Of a stretch of DNA of 64,000 bases, positions 1 to 13,400 are shown piece by piece. The stretch spans positions 186,001-250,000 of the forward strand of contig JBDOQK010000020.1 in the NCBI GenBank assembly GCA_040437565.1, given 5' to 3'. The DNA is from Albugo candida (lineage: Eukaryota). Positions within the stretch are counted from its first letter, which is position 1, and every line of letters starts with the position of its first letter. Both the position numbers and the translations under genes were made by a program. The notes below the pieces were generated by a model. That model was not told the origin of the DNA, did no database searches, and saw only the letters and a list, made by a program, of their open reading frames with translations.

Positions 1-49
1 GAGAATAGCGTATGTACGGTAAAGGTGCCTCCCAGCGTTAGCCACGTAC

Positions 50-368
50 TGTTAGACTTTACAAGACGAGAGGATGCTGTGAAAAGTAGAAGTCTCGTGT
101 CTATATAGTTTTATATCTTTCTACAAACAGCTTCCTTATGCTCTCTACCATCAACCAATTTATGGACAAAACGTGGCTGCACCTACCCGCCGACAGTGGT
201 CGGCCGGACTTCTACACACTCTCACCATCTTGTATTTCTTCCAATACTCCTCCCCAGTCGTCACACGCTCGCCCACACCTATCGCTACAGCAAATTGAAT
301 AGCTCTCGTAATTGTGCAATCCTTTGCGCCGGCAACACTTTTGTCGGTAAGTCCGCCTTCATAAGTCG
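50..368 (-). mobile_element. 3' end of a Ty1/copia LTR retrotransposon: RNase H tail, PPT and 197-bp LTR
   Basis: Minus strand reads MKADLPTKVLPAQRIAQLRELFNLL*, resembling the copia ADxxTK RNase H end. This is followed by a purine tract GGGGAGGAG (255-247) and an LTR 246->50 (TATTGGAA...TCTAACA, short terminal inverted repeat). The upstream part is lost in the N-gap. Confidence 0.8.
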
Positions 369-468
369 NNNNNNNNNNNNNNNNNNNNNNNNNNNNNNNN
401 NNNNNNNNNNNNNNNNNNNNNNNNNNNNNNNNNNNNNNNNNNNNNNNNNNNNNNNNNNNNNNNNNNNN

Positions 469-546
469 CGGGAATCGAACTAACGACCTCCGGCAGGGGG
501 TCCGTGCGCTCAAGTGCTTAACCGACTGAGCTGGTTACGGACCCCC
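469..546 (-). mobile_element. tRNA-derived SINE head or tRNA-like Pol III unit, truncated by gap
   Basis: Minus strand GGGGGTCCGTAACCAGCTCAGTCGGTTAAGCAC...AGTTCGATTCCCG has an A-box-like CAGCTCAGTCGG and a B-box GTTCGATTCC. GGGGGTCCGT/ACGGACCCCC forms a stem. No canonical cloverleaf. Confidence 0.6.
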
Positions 547-739
547 TTTAGACTCTAGACGAAAGGATGCTGTGAAAAGTAGAAGTCTCGTCGTCTATCT
601 TGTTGTATATCGTCCCACAAACAACTTCCTTATGCTCTCTACCATCAACTATTTTATGAACAAAACGTGGCTGCACCTACCCGCCGAGAGTGGTCAGCCG
701 AACTTCTACACACTCTCACCATCTTGCATTCTTCCAGTA
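547..739 (-). repeat. Second, diverged copy of the 50-246 LTR (solo-LTR-like)
   Basis: Colinear with 52-246, e.g. aggatgctgtgaaaagtagaagtctcgt and cttccttatgctctctaccatcaac, with scattered substitutions. Confidence 0.85.
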
Positions 740-2468
740 TGTACTACACACGAAGCGGGTTTTCAAGAGGAAGAACGACGCAGATGAAAAGATCGAACGT
801 TACAAAGCGATACTCGTAGCCTGCGGGAACGAGCAGCTTTTCGGGGTCGATTATGGACTTCCTTTTGCCGCCGTTACGAAGCTCATTACCGTCAAAGTGG
901 TACTACTCCTTGCTAGGAAATGGGGTGTACCGGCGAGGGACGGGGACATCTAAACGCGTACGTCGTACGTAAAGGCAGACACGGAAGAGCATTTGGAGAT
1001 TTACCTGCGTATACCACAAGGTATGGAAATCCACACAGAAGATATGCGAAATTGGGTGCGGATATGGGGAGGCAAGTTGCATTGCGTTTGAAGAAGTCGC
1101 TATACGAACTTGAGCAGGCAGGAAGATTATGGAGTCAGCTACTACATGGCAAGCTGGAACATGCAGGGTTTGCACGCTGTACTACGGACATATCTTTGTA
1201 CTACAATCGATTGGGTAGCGAGATGATCGTCGTAGGAGTTTACATCGATAATCTCATGGTTACGGAATCGCCAGTGGAAGCTTTTTTGTTACAATAGGTA
1301 TACTCTAAATAAAGGACCTCGGTGAAGTAAGGTATTTTTTGGGAATACGCGTTGAGCTAAGCGAGAGGGTGGCTACACGCTTTATCAGTAGGCGACTACT
1401 GAAGAACTCCTGGAGAAGCATGGATTGGCTGAAGCGAACAAGCTACAAATTCCAGCAGGCGAGGATAGAAATGAAGATGAAGCGAGTGAGACGAAGTATC
1501 TGGTGACGGAAGGAGTACCAGGTGATCCAAGTATCCGCGAATTTCAGTCACTTGTTGGAAGTTTGCTATGGACTTCACGCTGTACGCAGCCGGACATAAG
1601 CTTCGCCGTTCACGACGCGACGCGACAAACCCACAAGCCGACTTTAAGAATGGGTATTAGCGAAAAATGTTGCTCGCTATCTGAAAGGTACAAAGGAATT
1701 GGAGGTGTACATGAAAATGAGTGCGTCGGACGCAGATGAGCTGTTGTTTGAGAGCTGGAGCGACGCGGATTTCGCAAACGAGAAGCAAGATCGGAAGTCC
1801 GTTACGGGTGGAGTGATTACGATGTATGGTGCCATTATACAATGGATCTGCAAGAAGCAGACTGGTGTATTCCTTTGCACCATGGAGGCTGAATTCACTT
1901 CAGCGTCTCACGGAGTTTTGGGGGCTACGTGAGCTTTTGGGGCTACGCGAGCTCGTGCGAGAGATTGAATTTATGGTCCGCGAGTCGATGACCATGAGGA
2001 TGGAAAGCCAGGCAGCCATTAAGCAGCTGGAGTCCGAAGAAAGTATGATGAGCGCAAACGCGGAGACATACGAGTGAAGTTTATTTGCGATTTTGCTAAA
2101 CGAGGAATTGTCACGCCATTGTACGTCGAATCACGAATGATGATGGTGGACCTCCTAACCAAAACACTCCCAACACCGATACTGATAATTGTGAGAGTTT
2201 TTTTTCTTCGCTAAGAGGAAGATCACAGTCACGAGGCGGTCGAGGAGGAGTGTAAGAATCTAAGGTTCAGTTACAAGAGCGAGTTCGACCGCCTCTTTTG
2301 AGATGAGTGTGCAGCATACCGGTAACTCAGGTAGACAAGAAGGATAGGTTATTAGACTGTTAATTTTTTTTCTTGTCTACCTGAGTTACCGGTATGCTGC
2401 ACACTCATCTCAAAAGAGGCGAACGAAACCAGTTTCTCGCTCTTGCAACTGAATCTTAGGTTCTTACA
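740..2468 (+). mobile_element. Degenerate Ty1/copia pol (RT-RNase H), PPT and 3' LTR
   Basis: Frameshifted fragments: KRVFKRK..IERYKAILVACGNEQ, LRLKKSLYELEQAGRLW, VGVYIDNL, FQSLVGSLLW..CTQPDISFAV, WSDADFA..DRKSVTG, TMEAEF, VDLLTKTLP. PPT GAGGAGGAG at 2242-2250; LTR TG...CA at 2251-2468. Confidence 0.9.
2251..2468. repeat. Long inverted repeat making up the whole putative LTR (about 90-bp arms, about 29-nt spacer)
   Basis: 2251-2341 (tgtaagaa...gcctcttttgagatgagtgtgcagcataccggtaactcaggtagacaagaa) is the reverse complement of 2370-2468. The inner ~50 bp are perfect. Confidence 0.9.
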
Positions 2469-2469
2469 T

Positions 2470-5270
2470 ATCCTTATGTTGGAACCTCTTTTCCAGTCAG
2501 TTTACAAAGATTCCAGTTACATTTCACTCCCTCACACGGTAATCATCTGGCGCATGTTGTGAAGTTCGGAAACCCATCCCAACTCCAAGGTCGTAATTAT
2601 TGGAAATGTCCTTTACCATTATTCGACTATCCAAAAATCAAAGAAGCGATCGAGGAGGATCGTATCCTGGAAAAGCTTCGTGTTTCCTCATATCCTGGAA
2701 TAGACTGGGAGAATTAAATGAAGCAAACAAGTAAGTTATTACACAAAGTTCAAAAGAACTTTCTTTGCCAGGAAGATTTGGACGTCACACACGCTCGTAC
2801 TGAGTTGGACGAAGCTGCAGCAGCTTTTCTACAATCAAATCACGACCAAGAAAAAAAGATGTACCAAAAAGCTCTTCGCTCGTATCATGAACGGGTAAGG
2901 AGTTCGTTCAAGTATAATCAAGACTCCATGTTCGATTACCACATGAAGAACAAGGAGCATTCCTTTCTCCATTTCTTTCGCCCCCAGGATTCAACTTGTT
3001 ATCGTGTGCCTTTGGAAGAAGTTGTACTTTCCAATGGATAAGTGTCTAAAATCCTATTGATACCGCTCTTCAGCTCACAGATCACGGAAGTAGTATCAGT
3101 GGATTTCAACAAAGTTCCGCTGGATTTCCTTTGCGTCCATGTGCGACACAACACCACACATTGCTTTAATAAATAACAGCAACATTGTCCAGCACTGACA
3201 GATCCTTTTTGTCCGCTCCATTAACCAGACTGGAGATGGTAGCCGCAATAAAAAGTATGCGTTCGCATTCATCACCTGGAATGGGTGGATTGCCGGTAGC
3301 ATTCTCTCAACTTGCTCCGAGTGTTTTTGGTGAATGTCTGAAAAACAATTTCGAACTTAGCTTCGTCGAGGCTCTTTGCTGCGTTCTCAACGTAGTTAAG
3401 CAATCACGCTGTTATACAAAAAAGGATCCCGTGCTGATCCTGCGAACTATCGTACTATTGCCCAGATATGCGTGGATGTGAAAGTGCTGTCGAAGGTACT
3501 CGCATACCGACTTCAGCAGGTGCTTCCGTAATTGATCCACCTGGAACGAAAAGCCTTCATGCGATGACGTTCCATCCATCATCACATTCGGTACATGAGT
3601 GACCTACTATGGTGTTATCACGTTTATTGCATCTTACAACTCATTTCAACATTCCGCAGCATTTCATTCGACGCTGGCAATCGATGCTCAATCGATTCTT
3701 TCGAGTTGGAAGCATGAGCGAGATTCAACACACGTTCAACTGATCAAGGCGGAATTCTTGTACCCCCCCCCCCTCATTACAATTGTGGATTCCATGTTCC
3801 GCTTATCACAACACGGCTGAAGAAACAATGTTATCAGTTTTTACAACAGTTTATGCTTGCTTCCAGTACAGCTTCACCCAGCAACTGGACACCCTGGAAT
3901 TAAGATCACACGATGCATTTTGCCCGATTTTGGACCACATCGATCACTCGATATGCTCACGATATCACCACGTCGGCATTTTTTTATGGTGCATTGGAAT
4001 ATAGCATCCCCATAATGGAAGCAGACATGTATTTGGTTTCACCAAAGTCATTGGGATCTTACCGGCAAAGATCTACCACAAGAGGAGCGCTTTATCCAGA
4101 TTTTGGGTGCTCCCATATGGTTTCATATCGGACCTCTGCTCCATTTTGAGAAGAAGCAACCTTCAACAAGTATCTCCGCTCATTGTCGGAATCTGAGAAC
4201 GGTAACCGAAACAGCGCGTAGTTTTCGGATGCGATTCACTCAAGCGTTTCAGATAAGGTACTTACGTGACTTGTTTGGTGGAACAACGGAATGGTTCAAC
4301 TCAGCTTTCGAATTCATTTTGCAGTTAAGTACAAGTGAAGTTGGGAATCCGTTCAATCAGTCTCAAAATCTAAGTTTTTACGCCGCTTATACATCGAAGC
4401 CACGCAAATTCTGCGACGAGCTCAACCTGTTGGCGTATTATTGTGTCCCGAAAGGGCACTGGCACATGCATACCCAGCTCACTTTGGCATTCAACTCTCG
4501 GAAAAGAAGGTTTTCTTCTCGATGTTACCTCGAGATCAACTTTATCGAGTCGTTGTTGAGAAGGCATTGCCACTGGATAGACCGCACCCAATGTTGCTTT
4601 ATGTACTCAGAACGTGATCGAAAGTGGGACGCCAACATGATTAAAAAAACTTTTACAAGTTATTCAAACGTCTGCTAAGACATTTGCTCCCAATTTATTC
4701 GGATATTCAGTTCTGACTTTCCCTTGCATCTTACCAGCTCGAGCACGGTTTTGGTTTTTAAAACAATCACATTCGGACATCATCCTGTGCACTCAGAAAC
4801 ATTGTGGTGCGTTGAAAAGTTTCCAGCATTTATTTTTCGATTGCAACAGGACAAGTCCGATTTGGGAAGAGCTCTTTCCATCCTGGACAATTTTCTTTTC
4901 TGTTCGCCCACGCTGGTCACATATCGCGTGTGCACGGATTTCTGCACTTCGTGATGCGTGAAAACCTTCTCGAGTGGTGCTGGAGGATCCTTGGTTTACA
5001 TTAGTCGTGGTTGCGATTCATTTTATTTGGACGGATCGGAATCGCGAACTTTTCGCCCACGGCACTTCAACGCCAACTGCCCGGGCTGTTTCGGGTATTT
5101 ATAGCACAATGAGTGCCCATATCCGATATTTTCAAAGGCAGTGGTATGATACGGAGCACCTCGCGCACTTGACACAAGTATTAGCGTCTTATCAACATAC
5201 TGGTTCGGCAAGGAGGTATTTCTCGACTCGACCAAGCCTGCTGTAAGTTCGACGCCGTCAACGATTCTAA
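2470..5270 (+). mobile_element. Degenerate L1/Tx1-type non-LTR retrotransposon ORF2
   Basis: Fragments: NYWKCP, LSAPLTRLEMVAAIKSM..SSPGMGGLPVAF, LLYKKGSRADPANYRTIA..VDVKVLSKVLAYRLQQVLP, RSIHH, and C-terminal AIHFIWTDRNRELF. Many stops, frameshifts and an internal deletion. Confidence 0.85.
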
Positions 5271-8200
5271 GTCGGTGATGCGTGGCATTATTACCTCGGT
5301 ACTATCTTACTCCAGTCGCTGAACCTCGATGCGGGTTTCTGGACCAACTTTGCATTTCATTTTGTTTATTTATTGTAGTTTAGGCATTAGAGAAGTCATT
5401 TACGTCTAATTCTAGTAATATAGACAACTTCAATAAGGGCACGAGACACAAAACACGTTTGAACGTCTGACCACTTGGATTTCCTCGGATTACGACTGAC
5501 TGCTGCTAAATCAGGAACCACCACGTTTCAATCAGTATGCGGTTGACACCCAGCTGATGAGATATTTGTTCAAAGCTTGAAACTCATCTAATTTTACGTG
5601 CACAAAGTGTTGCAGAGGTCGAGTGAAACCTAATCACATTGATTACTCTAATACTAGCCTCAGACCTGGGCAATGGTGAAGTAGAATTCATCCATATCTT
5701 TAAGCAAAGCAGTATTGTATTTGCATCGATGCTATAGTTACAGTTGCTATATTTCAGCCACTGTACTACTCCCTTTTGCTTCCTGATTACGCTTGTGCAG
5801 ACAAAGTAATACAGATGGAGATGATTGAGCTTGATTGATTATCTGCAACGCCACAACATAGATTCTTTCCGCGCTTGATTAGCTAATGATCTTGGGGGAT
5901 CAAGTAGCCTTGTAAGGTTGGGTGGTTAAAAACAGAAGTATCAATTGTGAACGGACTTGCGCTGGTGGCTTTGCGAAGCATGTCAGCAGCCATATTACAG
6001 CTGCACGTATGGAATACAGCTTATTCCTTATCGTCCAGGGTGTCGCATTACACCAATCACGGAAAAGTTGACAATTATAGCTTGAAGTCATCCCAGCGAT
6101 ACTCATTTACAAAATGTAGCGCTACCGTGATATCTTCACGACTCTCGATACAGCAAGACTCCCTCGTGTGTTATTACCGTCTACGTTGGATAGGTATTTA
6201 GTGCTTCATGAAACACTACATCAATTGCTTGTAGCATCCAAAGTCCTCGGAATATAGCTCGTGATGTGAAGGTGCTGAAGAAACTATTTAGGCCTTTGTA
6301 CCAATTCTCACCCCCGATTTAGTCATCAATGAAGTTCATGCGTAGTCGACGTGTTTTACGATCTGTGGTGTTGCTACATAAACGGAAAGCATATCTAAAA
6401 CTGAAGTGATCTTCTAATACGAATGCGCTGGGATGTAGTCTGCGATTACTAGGCCATTACTTCCCTCGAAATCCTCTAACCGGACTGTCATAATTGCTCT
6501 GGAGCCTGACTTCGGCTGCATAATGTTCCATCACAACTCGTGATACATTGACATGGGAAGCAGGCTAACGCATCAGAGCTGAGTTGCTGGTCAATTCGTT
6601 GACTATGTATCGTCTTGATATGACAAACATCGTCCCCTGGATCTCCTTCCCAGTATCCTAACGTCACCAAAAATGAAGGAAGCCAATAGAATGAAGAACT
6701 GTATCCTTATTTCTAGCATGGTCCGCACCTTAACATTTGGTCTAATGCGACTGTCCGATCTTTTACTGTATACATCGATCTTGAAAAACATATCATAAGA
6801 GCATTCCGCGTCGGATGTATAAGGAGGTCGATTCTGTAGGCGAATTCTACGCAGCCATAATTCCTAGACTCACTTGCAATAACGCCGTATTGCTTGAAAA
6901 TAAGTACTCTAGCAACAACAAAATATTCTTTGAGGATACTACATCTTCATGCTCGTACCGTCTTTGATCTCAAACTCGACTGAATATTTATTGACAGGAA
7001 GAGCCACTTATTTGATCGACCAAATTGTCAAAGTACTTGTCTCTATTGTACTTCAGGCCTTTTGAGGCATCAAGAATGCAGCATGTAGCTGTGATATAAG
7101 CGGCTATACAGCCATTAAAATAATAGACTGCCAAGTCCCGATTGAGATGATAGCAGCCTTGAATGATACGCGCACCACTGCTAAATTGTGAACGAAGTTT
7201 GAGAATGTGCATAGAAGCCTTTCAACCTCAAAATACCCTCGTATCTCATATATTGATCTCAATGTGTACTTGCATCTTCGGTGCTACTTGATTGATTAAA
7301 CGTATCTATGCTGACGAATATCACATCACCCAGTTTTTCTATGCTACAAGACCCATGCTACAATTAAATCTATATTCGATCCCGGGTGCAGACTCACGGC
7401 GTTGCTGAGCCAATGTGGTACCTTCTACACGCCATCTTCGGCGATGTGATGAAAATTCTTCGATGGTTTATTTCTCATATTCTGGATCTCTGGGCACTAC
7501 TCCGAGCATATTTGGATACAATATCTCATCACAACGTCTTGGGTAAAATGGGACCACCAGGGAGCACCTCTTCTTGAATGGGACGAAGCATTTATAAGAA
7601 GGCATCAGATCCAGATTTTTCTATGAATTGCAAAGTCGCTAAAACATCTCCAGGCGACCAGAATAATACCTGTTGTTGACACACTGCGTATCTCGGTGTG
7701 TGACTGTAAGTACAGACGCAAAACGGCTTTGGACGATTTAAGTCATCCTCCAAAGCTTTTGCTGCCAATTTCTGATATTCGAATCTCCATAAATCTTATC
7801 GATGCTGCACTTGGATTGCAATTCCATTTACTGAATCAGTATGTTGACACCTTCACCTGGATTGCCATTGAATCGACTCCAGATCGATTTACACATGATG
7901 ATTAAAGTAAATGGGAGATCAACTCTACGTAGATGATTCATAAAAAAGGGAAGTGTTCAGGCGAACGCCTCTGATTGTTGATCCAGCAGGTTATTAATGT
8001 TGAAACGGGTAGAAATCCGTCAGCCTCGGGCGCTGGGAATGAATCACGATTACAGTAATTCCATTTCAATAGCGACACTCGCGAAAGGTAAAGTGATTGT
8101 ATGAACACTTTTTCAACGCTGAGTTACTCACAGCTTCACCTTTGTACTATATCCGGTGCCTTTTCTATCTTAGTTGGTATATTCAGACATAATTCGTCTC

Positions 8201-10474
8201 GAACATTCCCTTTCAATATATTCCCACACAGCATTTGACAATGTCTATCAATATATGAAACCATGACGAGTATATGCTATATGCAATGACTTTGATGAGG
8301 ATTAAACACGAAGGTATTGATCTTCTCGCAGATATCGTCAACAATTTAGCAAGAAAAGTAAAATGATAACTTTTTCGCTAGAGCGGCATGCTACAGCTAT
8401 CAGATTTCTAATTCCAACTCAGCTGGGCGACCACATTCCATCAGTGTATTCCGGTTTGATGTAAGCAAAGACAACGCNNNNNNNNNNNNNNNNNNNNNNN
8501 NNNNNNNNNNNNNNNNNNNNNNNNNNNNNNNNNNNNNNNNNNNNNNNNNNNNNNNNNNNNNNNNNNNNNNNNNNNNNAAGCTTTTGCTGCCAATTTCTGA
8601 TATTCGAATCTCCATAAATCTTATCGATGCTGCACTTGGATTGCAATTCCATTTACTGAATCAGTATGTTGACACCTTCACCTGGATTGCCATTGAATCG
8701 ACTCCAGATCGATTTACACATGATGATTAAAGTAAATGGGAGATCAACTCTACGTAGATGATTCATAAAAAAGGGAAGTGTTCAGGCGAACGCCTCTGAT
8801 TGTTGATCCAGCAGGTTATTAATGTTGAAACGGGTAGAAATCCGTCAGCCTCGGGCGCTGGGAATGAATCACGATTACAGTAATTCCATTTCAATAGCGA
8901 CACTCGCGAAAGGTAAAGTGATTGTATGAACACTTTTTCAACGCTGAGTTACTCACAGCTTCACCTTTGTACTATATCCGGTGCCTTTTCTATCTTAGTT
9001 GGTATATTCAGACATAATTCGTCTCGAACATTCCCTTTCAATATATTCCCACACAGCATTTGACAATGTCTATCAATATATGAAACCATGACGAGTATAT
9101 GCTATATGCAATGACTTTGATGAGGATTAAACACGAAGGTATTGATCTTCTCGCAGATATCGTCAACAATTTAGCAAGAAAAGTAAAATGATAACTTTTT
9201 CGCTAGAGCGGCATGCTACAGCTATCAGATTTCTAATTCCAACTCAGCTGGGCGACCACATTCCATCAGTGTATTCCGGTTTGATGTAAGCAAAGACAAC
9301 GCCGATGAGAAATGTACTACGCAAGAAAGACATGTTGTGTTAAATCTGTCCATTCTATACTTCGATAATGCATGTGTCGTCATAAGTGGTACTGCTAGCA
9401 GCATCTTGTGATCCTAGGCATACGCTTGACCGCTGATGAGTGCACAAGTCTTTTCAGAATAGACGGTCTTGTAGTCGAGCAAAGGATCCTTGTCATGGTA
9501 GTTGCGACTAAGATTGCCACTCGTCAGGTGCAGCGATAAGGGCTTGTGTCGGTAGTGGCATATGGAGCCCATGACAGCGGGTTGTCGATTCTATGGTGAT
9601 TAAACGCAGCAATGGTAATAGAGGCTACAATCTATATATTCTGTAAATGAATGCGAGAGCAGCGAGTACTATCACAGGCATGTAACTAACGTCCTCCTAT
9701 GCAAACGTTTCATACTCATAAATGGTGAAGGATCTACCAGAATAACCAACTCGCATGCTTCAAACTGAGTGAGCAGAGCTTGTAGGCATTCAGTTGGTTG
9801 CGCCTTCGAGAATGTCAGCCAGTGAACGAGTCGAGTGTTCTCACTAAATGATGATTTTATTGTAACATCTTGCGGAATATCTACTAAGTCCCCCCCCATG
9901 TTGAACGATTCCATCTCAAGGTAGATGCCAACTTGAACGAGAAATGCCGAGAAAGTTGCGAGCTACTTTATTCCAGGTCAAACGTGTGGATGAACGCGTA
10001 CAATCCTAGCTTAGCTGACCAACGACATGAGAGTTCCTATGCGGTAGGGGATGGAATCGTTGTTGACCTATTAAAGCTTATGCTTTTTCACCCGTAGCGA
10101 TAACGAACACATCGATGTATTCGACTAGTATTTATGATAGAGACCTCACTTCAATATGAAACATATTTCCTTGTTCATCAGGGTAAGTACATTTTTAGCT
10201 TAGCAGGTAAGTTTGAGATTTCCAGGCACTCGAGACCTATGCGTACCCCGCTCGAAGGAGTGAATGAAGGTTTGATCGTTGTTGACCATTCCTCCATCCG
10301 ATCAACAGAAGTTCTGATTTATACAAATCCTGGCCTATCGTCAGGTCAAAGAGATGTTAATGAGAAGAGCATGGAGTCCTTACACTATACAATGATGAGT
10401 ATACCATTAAAGCCTTCTTGTTCAACTCATAATTTTCTTTATTTTACAAAAGAACGATTTGGTACCGATAATAA

Positions 10475-11060
10475 ATGAGAGAACTTACAATTGGTAAGTG
10501 TGCCATATTGATAAAAGCCTTATCCCTATATCTTGCCACTGCCGGGAGCCCAGCTTAGTGTGCAGTTGTTAATATCATGATTGCTCAGGTACATGATGAT
10601 AGGTGCAAGAGATACGTACAAGATAAAGATGATGGCTATCATCAAGTCAGGGAAATCATATAGATTGATGACGACCTGCAAGTCTGGCAATTCAAAGAGA
10701 TCGATGGATGGCATAGCAACATAGAAGATGTATGTATTCGATGGTATTAATGGTGCAAATCAGCTTTCTCGTTGCGAAAGGGAAGGTATCAGGGGGTGCA
10801 GTAGCAGATACGCTTTCCAGGAGAGGTCAATGCTTCTTTCTTCGACAGTAAAAGCTTGAACCACATATACCGTCAAACAAAAAATCCGTTGAGAATCGCA
10901 CCGCAACTGCGATATCATCAGTGTATGAGCTCTGCAAGGATCACAAACATGAGTTTAGACTCAACCAAATGTGAATGGTTCCTGATACGTTTGAGCCAAA
11001 TGCACCTGACTCAATTCCAGATGTGACAGCAGAGCATCCACAATTTGTACGATAAGTAGA
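10475..11060 (+). pseudogene. Possible decayed secreted-protein gene
   Basis: ATG 10475 reads MRELTIGKCAILIKALSLYLATAGSPA* (signal-peptide-like), then protein-like sequence with in-frame stops. Inr-like ACTCATAATTTT at ~10425. Lies convergent with decayed gene copy 1, as in the other cassettes. Confidence 0.3.
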
Positions 11061-13400
11061 CCGATTAGGCGGTTGGTTCTCTGTGCTGAAGAGAAATATC
11101 TCTACGCAGTCGACATCGTATATTTCGCACGGTTTTCAGAAGCTGGGGAAGGTGACATTGAACCGACTTGAAGACCATCGCTCATAGCGTACTCGCTCCT
11201 GTAATACTGTGATCAGCGATTCGATTATCAGTTCCGAACTTGCAGCTCCACTGAATGAAGTCTCTCTTTGTGTGGAAGGAAACCTAATCTGTTATTCCGA
11301 ACGACTCATAGGCGTACATTAGTACTTGTATCGACCTTATCGCTGACTTGCTGCTTTGCATATGTTTGGTCGTATCTTCGGTGTTGTCGACACATTTGTA
11401 TTGGAAGGATGCATTGGATTTGGTACACCACCACATGTGACCAATCTCTGATTGCGAAGCTTATGGTTGGAAATAGCTCCCCGACCAATGAGTCCGTGTG
11501 GTGTCTGTCCATGATCAGCATCGACGTTGAATTTGGAAGCGTCCGTATCGTAATTCACAGTTCCCGACAAAAGACTCGCACGATGAACAACAATTTTGAC
11601 ACCGTTTCCTGGAAACGATCCATTTAAGGATTTTTCCTGAAGATCGATTTTCCCTTTAGCGGTGTTTTTCGGCAGCATTTCGGTCATTTGTTTTGTGTGA
11701 GGAATCGCTTCGTCACAGACGCCAATTGTGTAAGATGTGTAGAAGAAAATATTTGATAGCGTTTTCGGCTTGAGAAGGTGAGTATTGTTCCATAGCAGTC
11801 GACCAAAGTGGATCAAGTCCAGAAGCTGTAAAGCATTTTCAAATTTGTTCTCTTCAGCGCCTTCCAACACTATACAGATCTGCAATTTAGCCAGCTAAAA
11901 CCTCGTGGACACTTTTGTATGCCATACTTCCCTGAATCATAAATTCCAGTTGTCACCATGAGGTGCGTGAAGCGTGACCGCGCACATTCAGCTAAAGCGG
12001 TGCAATCGCGTCATTCTCTGTCAAATAAATTCTTGTGCCAGCGAGTTTTGCATCACGATCCGCGCAATTCGCTCTAAACGCTGCTTCTCGTAGCCTTCGT
12101 GGCCAGCTTGATTAAATAAGATCAAATAGAAATCTTGGACAGAAGCTGATAAAGATGAAATTTTTCATAAGCGCTTGTCTTCGAGATGCACAAATCGAGT
12201 TTCGCTGACTTGACGTGAATGTAATCTATCAGATCCGGACGATGATTCATGGATGCCGATAGGAATCAAGCCCTTTCAAGGCTTCCGGAGCTTGTGTCAC
12301 AAACACCGCTAATTCATCAAGCGATAGCGAGACGAGACCATGCTTCTCATGGAGAGCATCCAGAGCATCGATCAGGAAGTTGAGCGTCTCGAGTGACTTG
12401 AGCGTCGTGATAGGTTCCCCTCGAGCAAATGTGTATTGCCCTCGGTCTTCTTTCTTTGTTGAATTAAAGCTCAATCACAGTGATGCTATCATTGGTAAAC
12501 TGGTTCCGTAAAGCTTGGTTTCTTTCTTAACGCAGTTCTTGCTGAACGATATTGCCAAGATTTCGGTCCACTTTAATTTCTGATTCGAACACTGTACTTG
12601 GCTGGTCCATAGCGATTCCATCAGCCTGTTTTGATTGCTAACAGTGCCATGCCACCAACATATCCCAGCAAAACTGACAAGTGCTCTGAACTTTTTCAAC
12701 ATTTCAGTATCAGCTGTATAGCTTGTCCTATCTCCGTTTTCTTCCGCCATGACAGATATTGCGCCTACTGGAGTCGACTTTCCTCCCCTTGGTGTAGCCT
12801 TTCACTGCCCGGTGAACAGCACGCCGGCTTTAATGTTTGTCATATATTGGTGCTTTCTGAGTCACGTTCCGAACCGGTGTACCCCGTACCAGCTTCCCGG
12901 ATAGAGCACCACTTTTGACCAAGTACGTCACTGACATGTTTTTTTCATCTCTTTCAGTCACCCGCAACGTATACACTCCATTGACCATCTCCAAACCAGC
13001 ATTCGAACAAGATAACGCTACGGAATGAGCCTGTACTATGAGCAACGGGCACAAAATGATGGATCTGTTCCAGGCCCGCATTACGCAATAGAAGGGATTG
13101 AGATCGAAGGTACTCTCATTTCAAATCTAGCCAAAGTCCATTCACAGTAATCGAGCGTACGGCACTAGCATCTGTCAAGCGACGAACTAACATGATCAGT
13201 CCTCCGAAAGCCTTATTTTTCTCTTTTCCAGATTTATTGAACCAATACCATAAAAATTATCTTAGTGGGACTGAACTATTATACTCCATCAGAGCTTGTA
13301 GTACGAGCTTTAGATCGTCACCGCTCATGCACTTGGTGCGTTTCGAAACGCATCAACTCATAAATCGGATCTTTCAACTCACAATAAACATTGATACATT
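11050..13400 (-). pseudogene. Decayed copy 1 of a large unidentified gene (family X)
   Basis: Shares DNA anchors (tcttcagcgccttccaa, aagcggtgcaatcgcg, ccacatgtgacca) and peptide fragments (LEGAEENK..LQLLDLIHFGRLL, EPITTLKSLETLNFLIDA, MAEENGD) with later copies. Broken frames. Confidence 0.75.

Noticed and set aside
7753-9302. 725-bp perfect direct repeat (7753-8477 = 8578-9302)
   Set aside because: Identical copies directly flank a 100-N gap; most likely an unmerged contig overlap.
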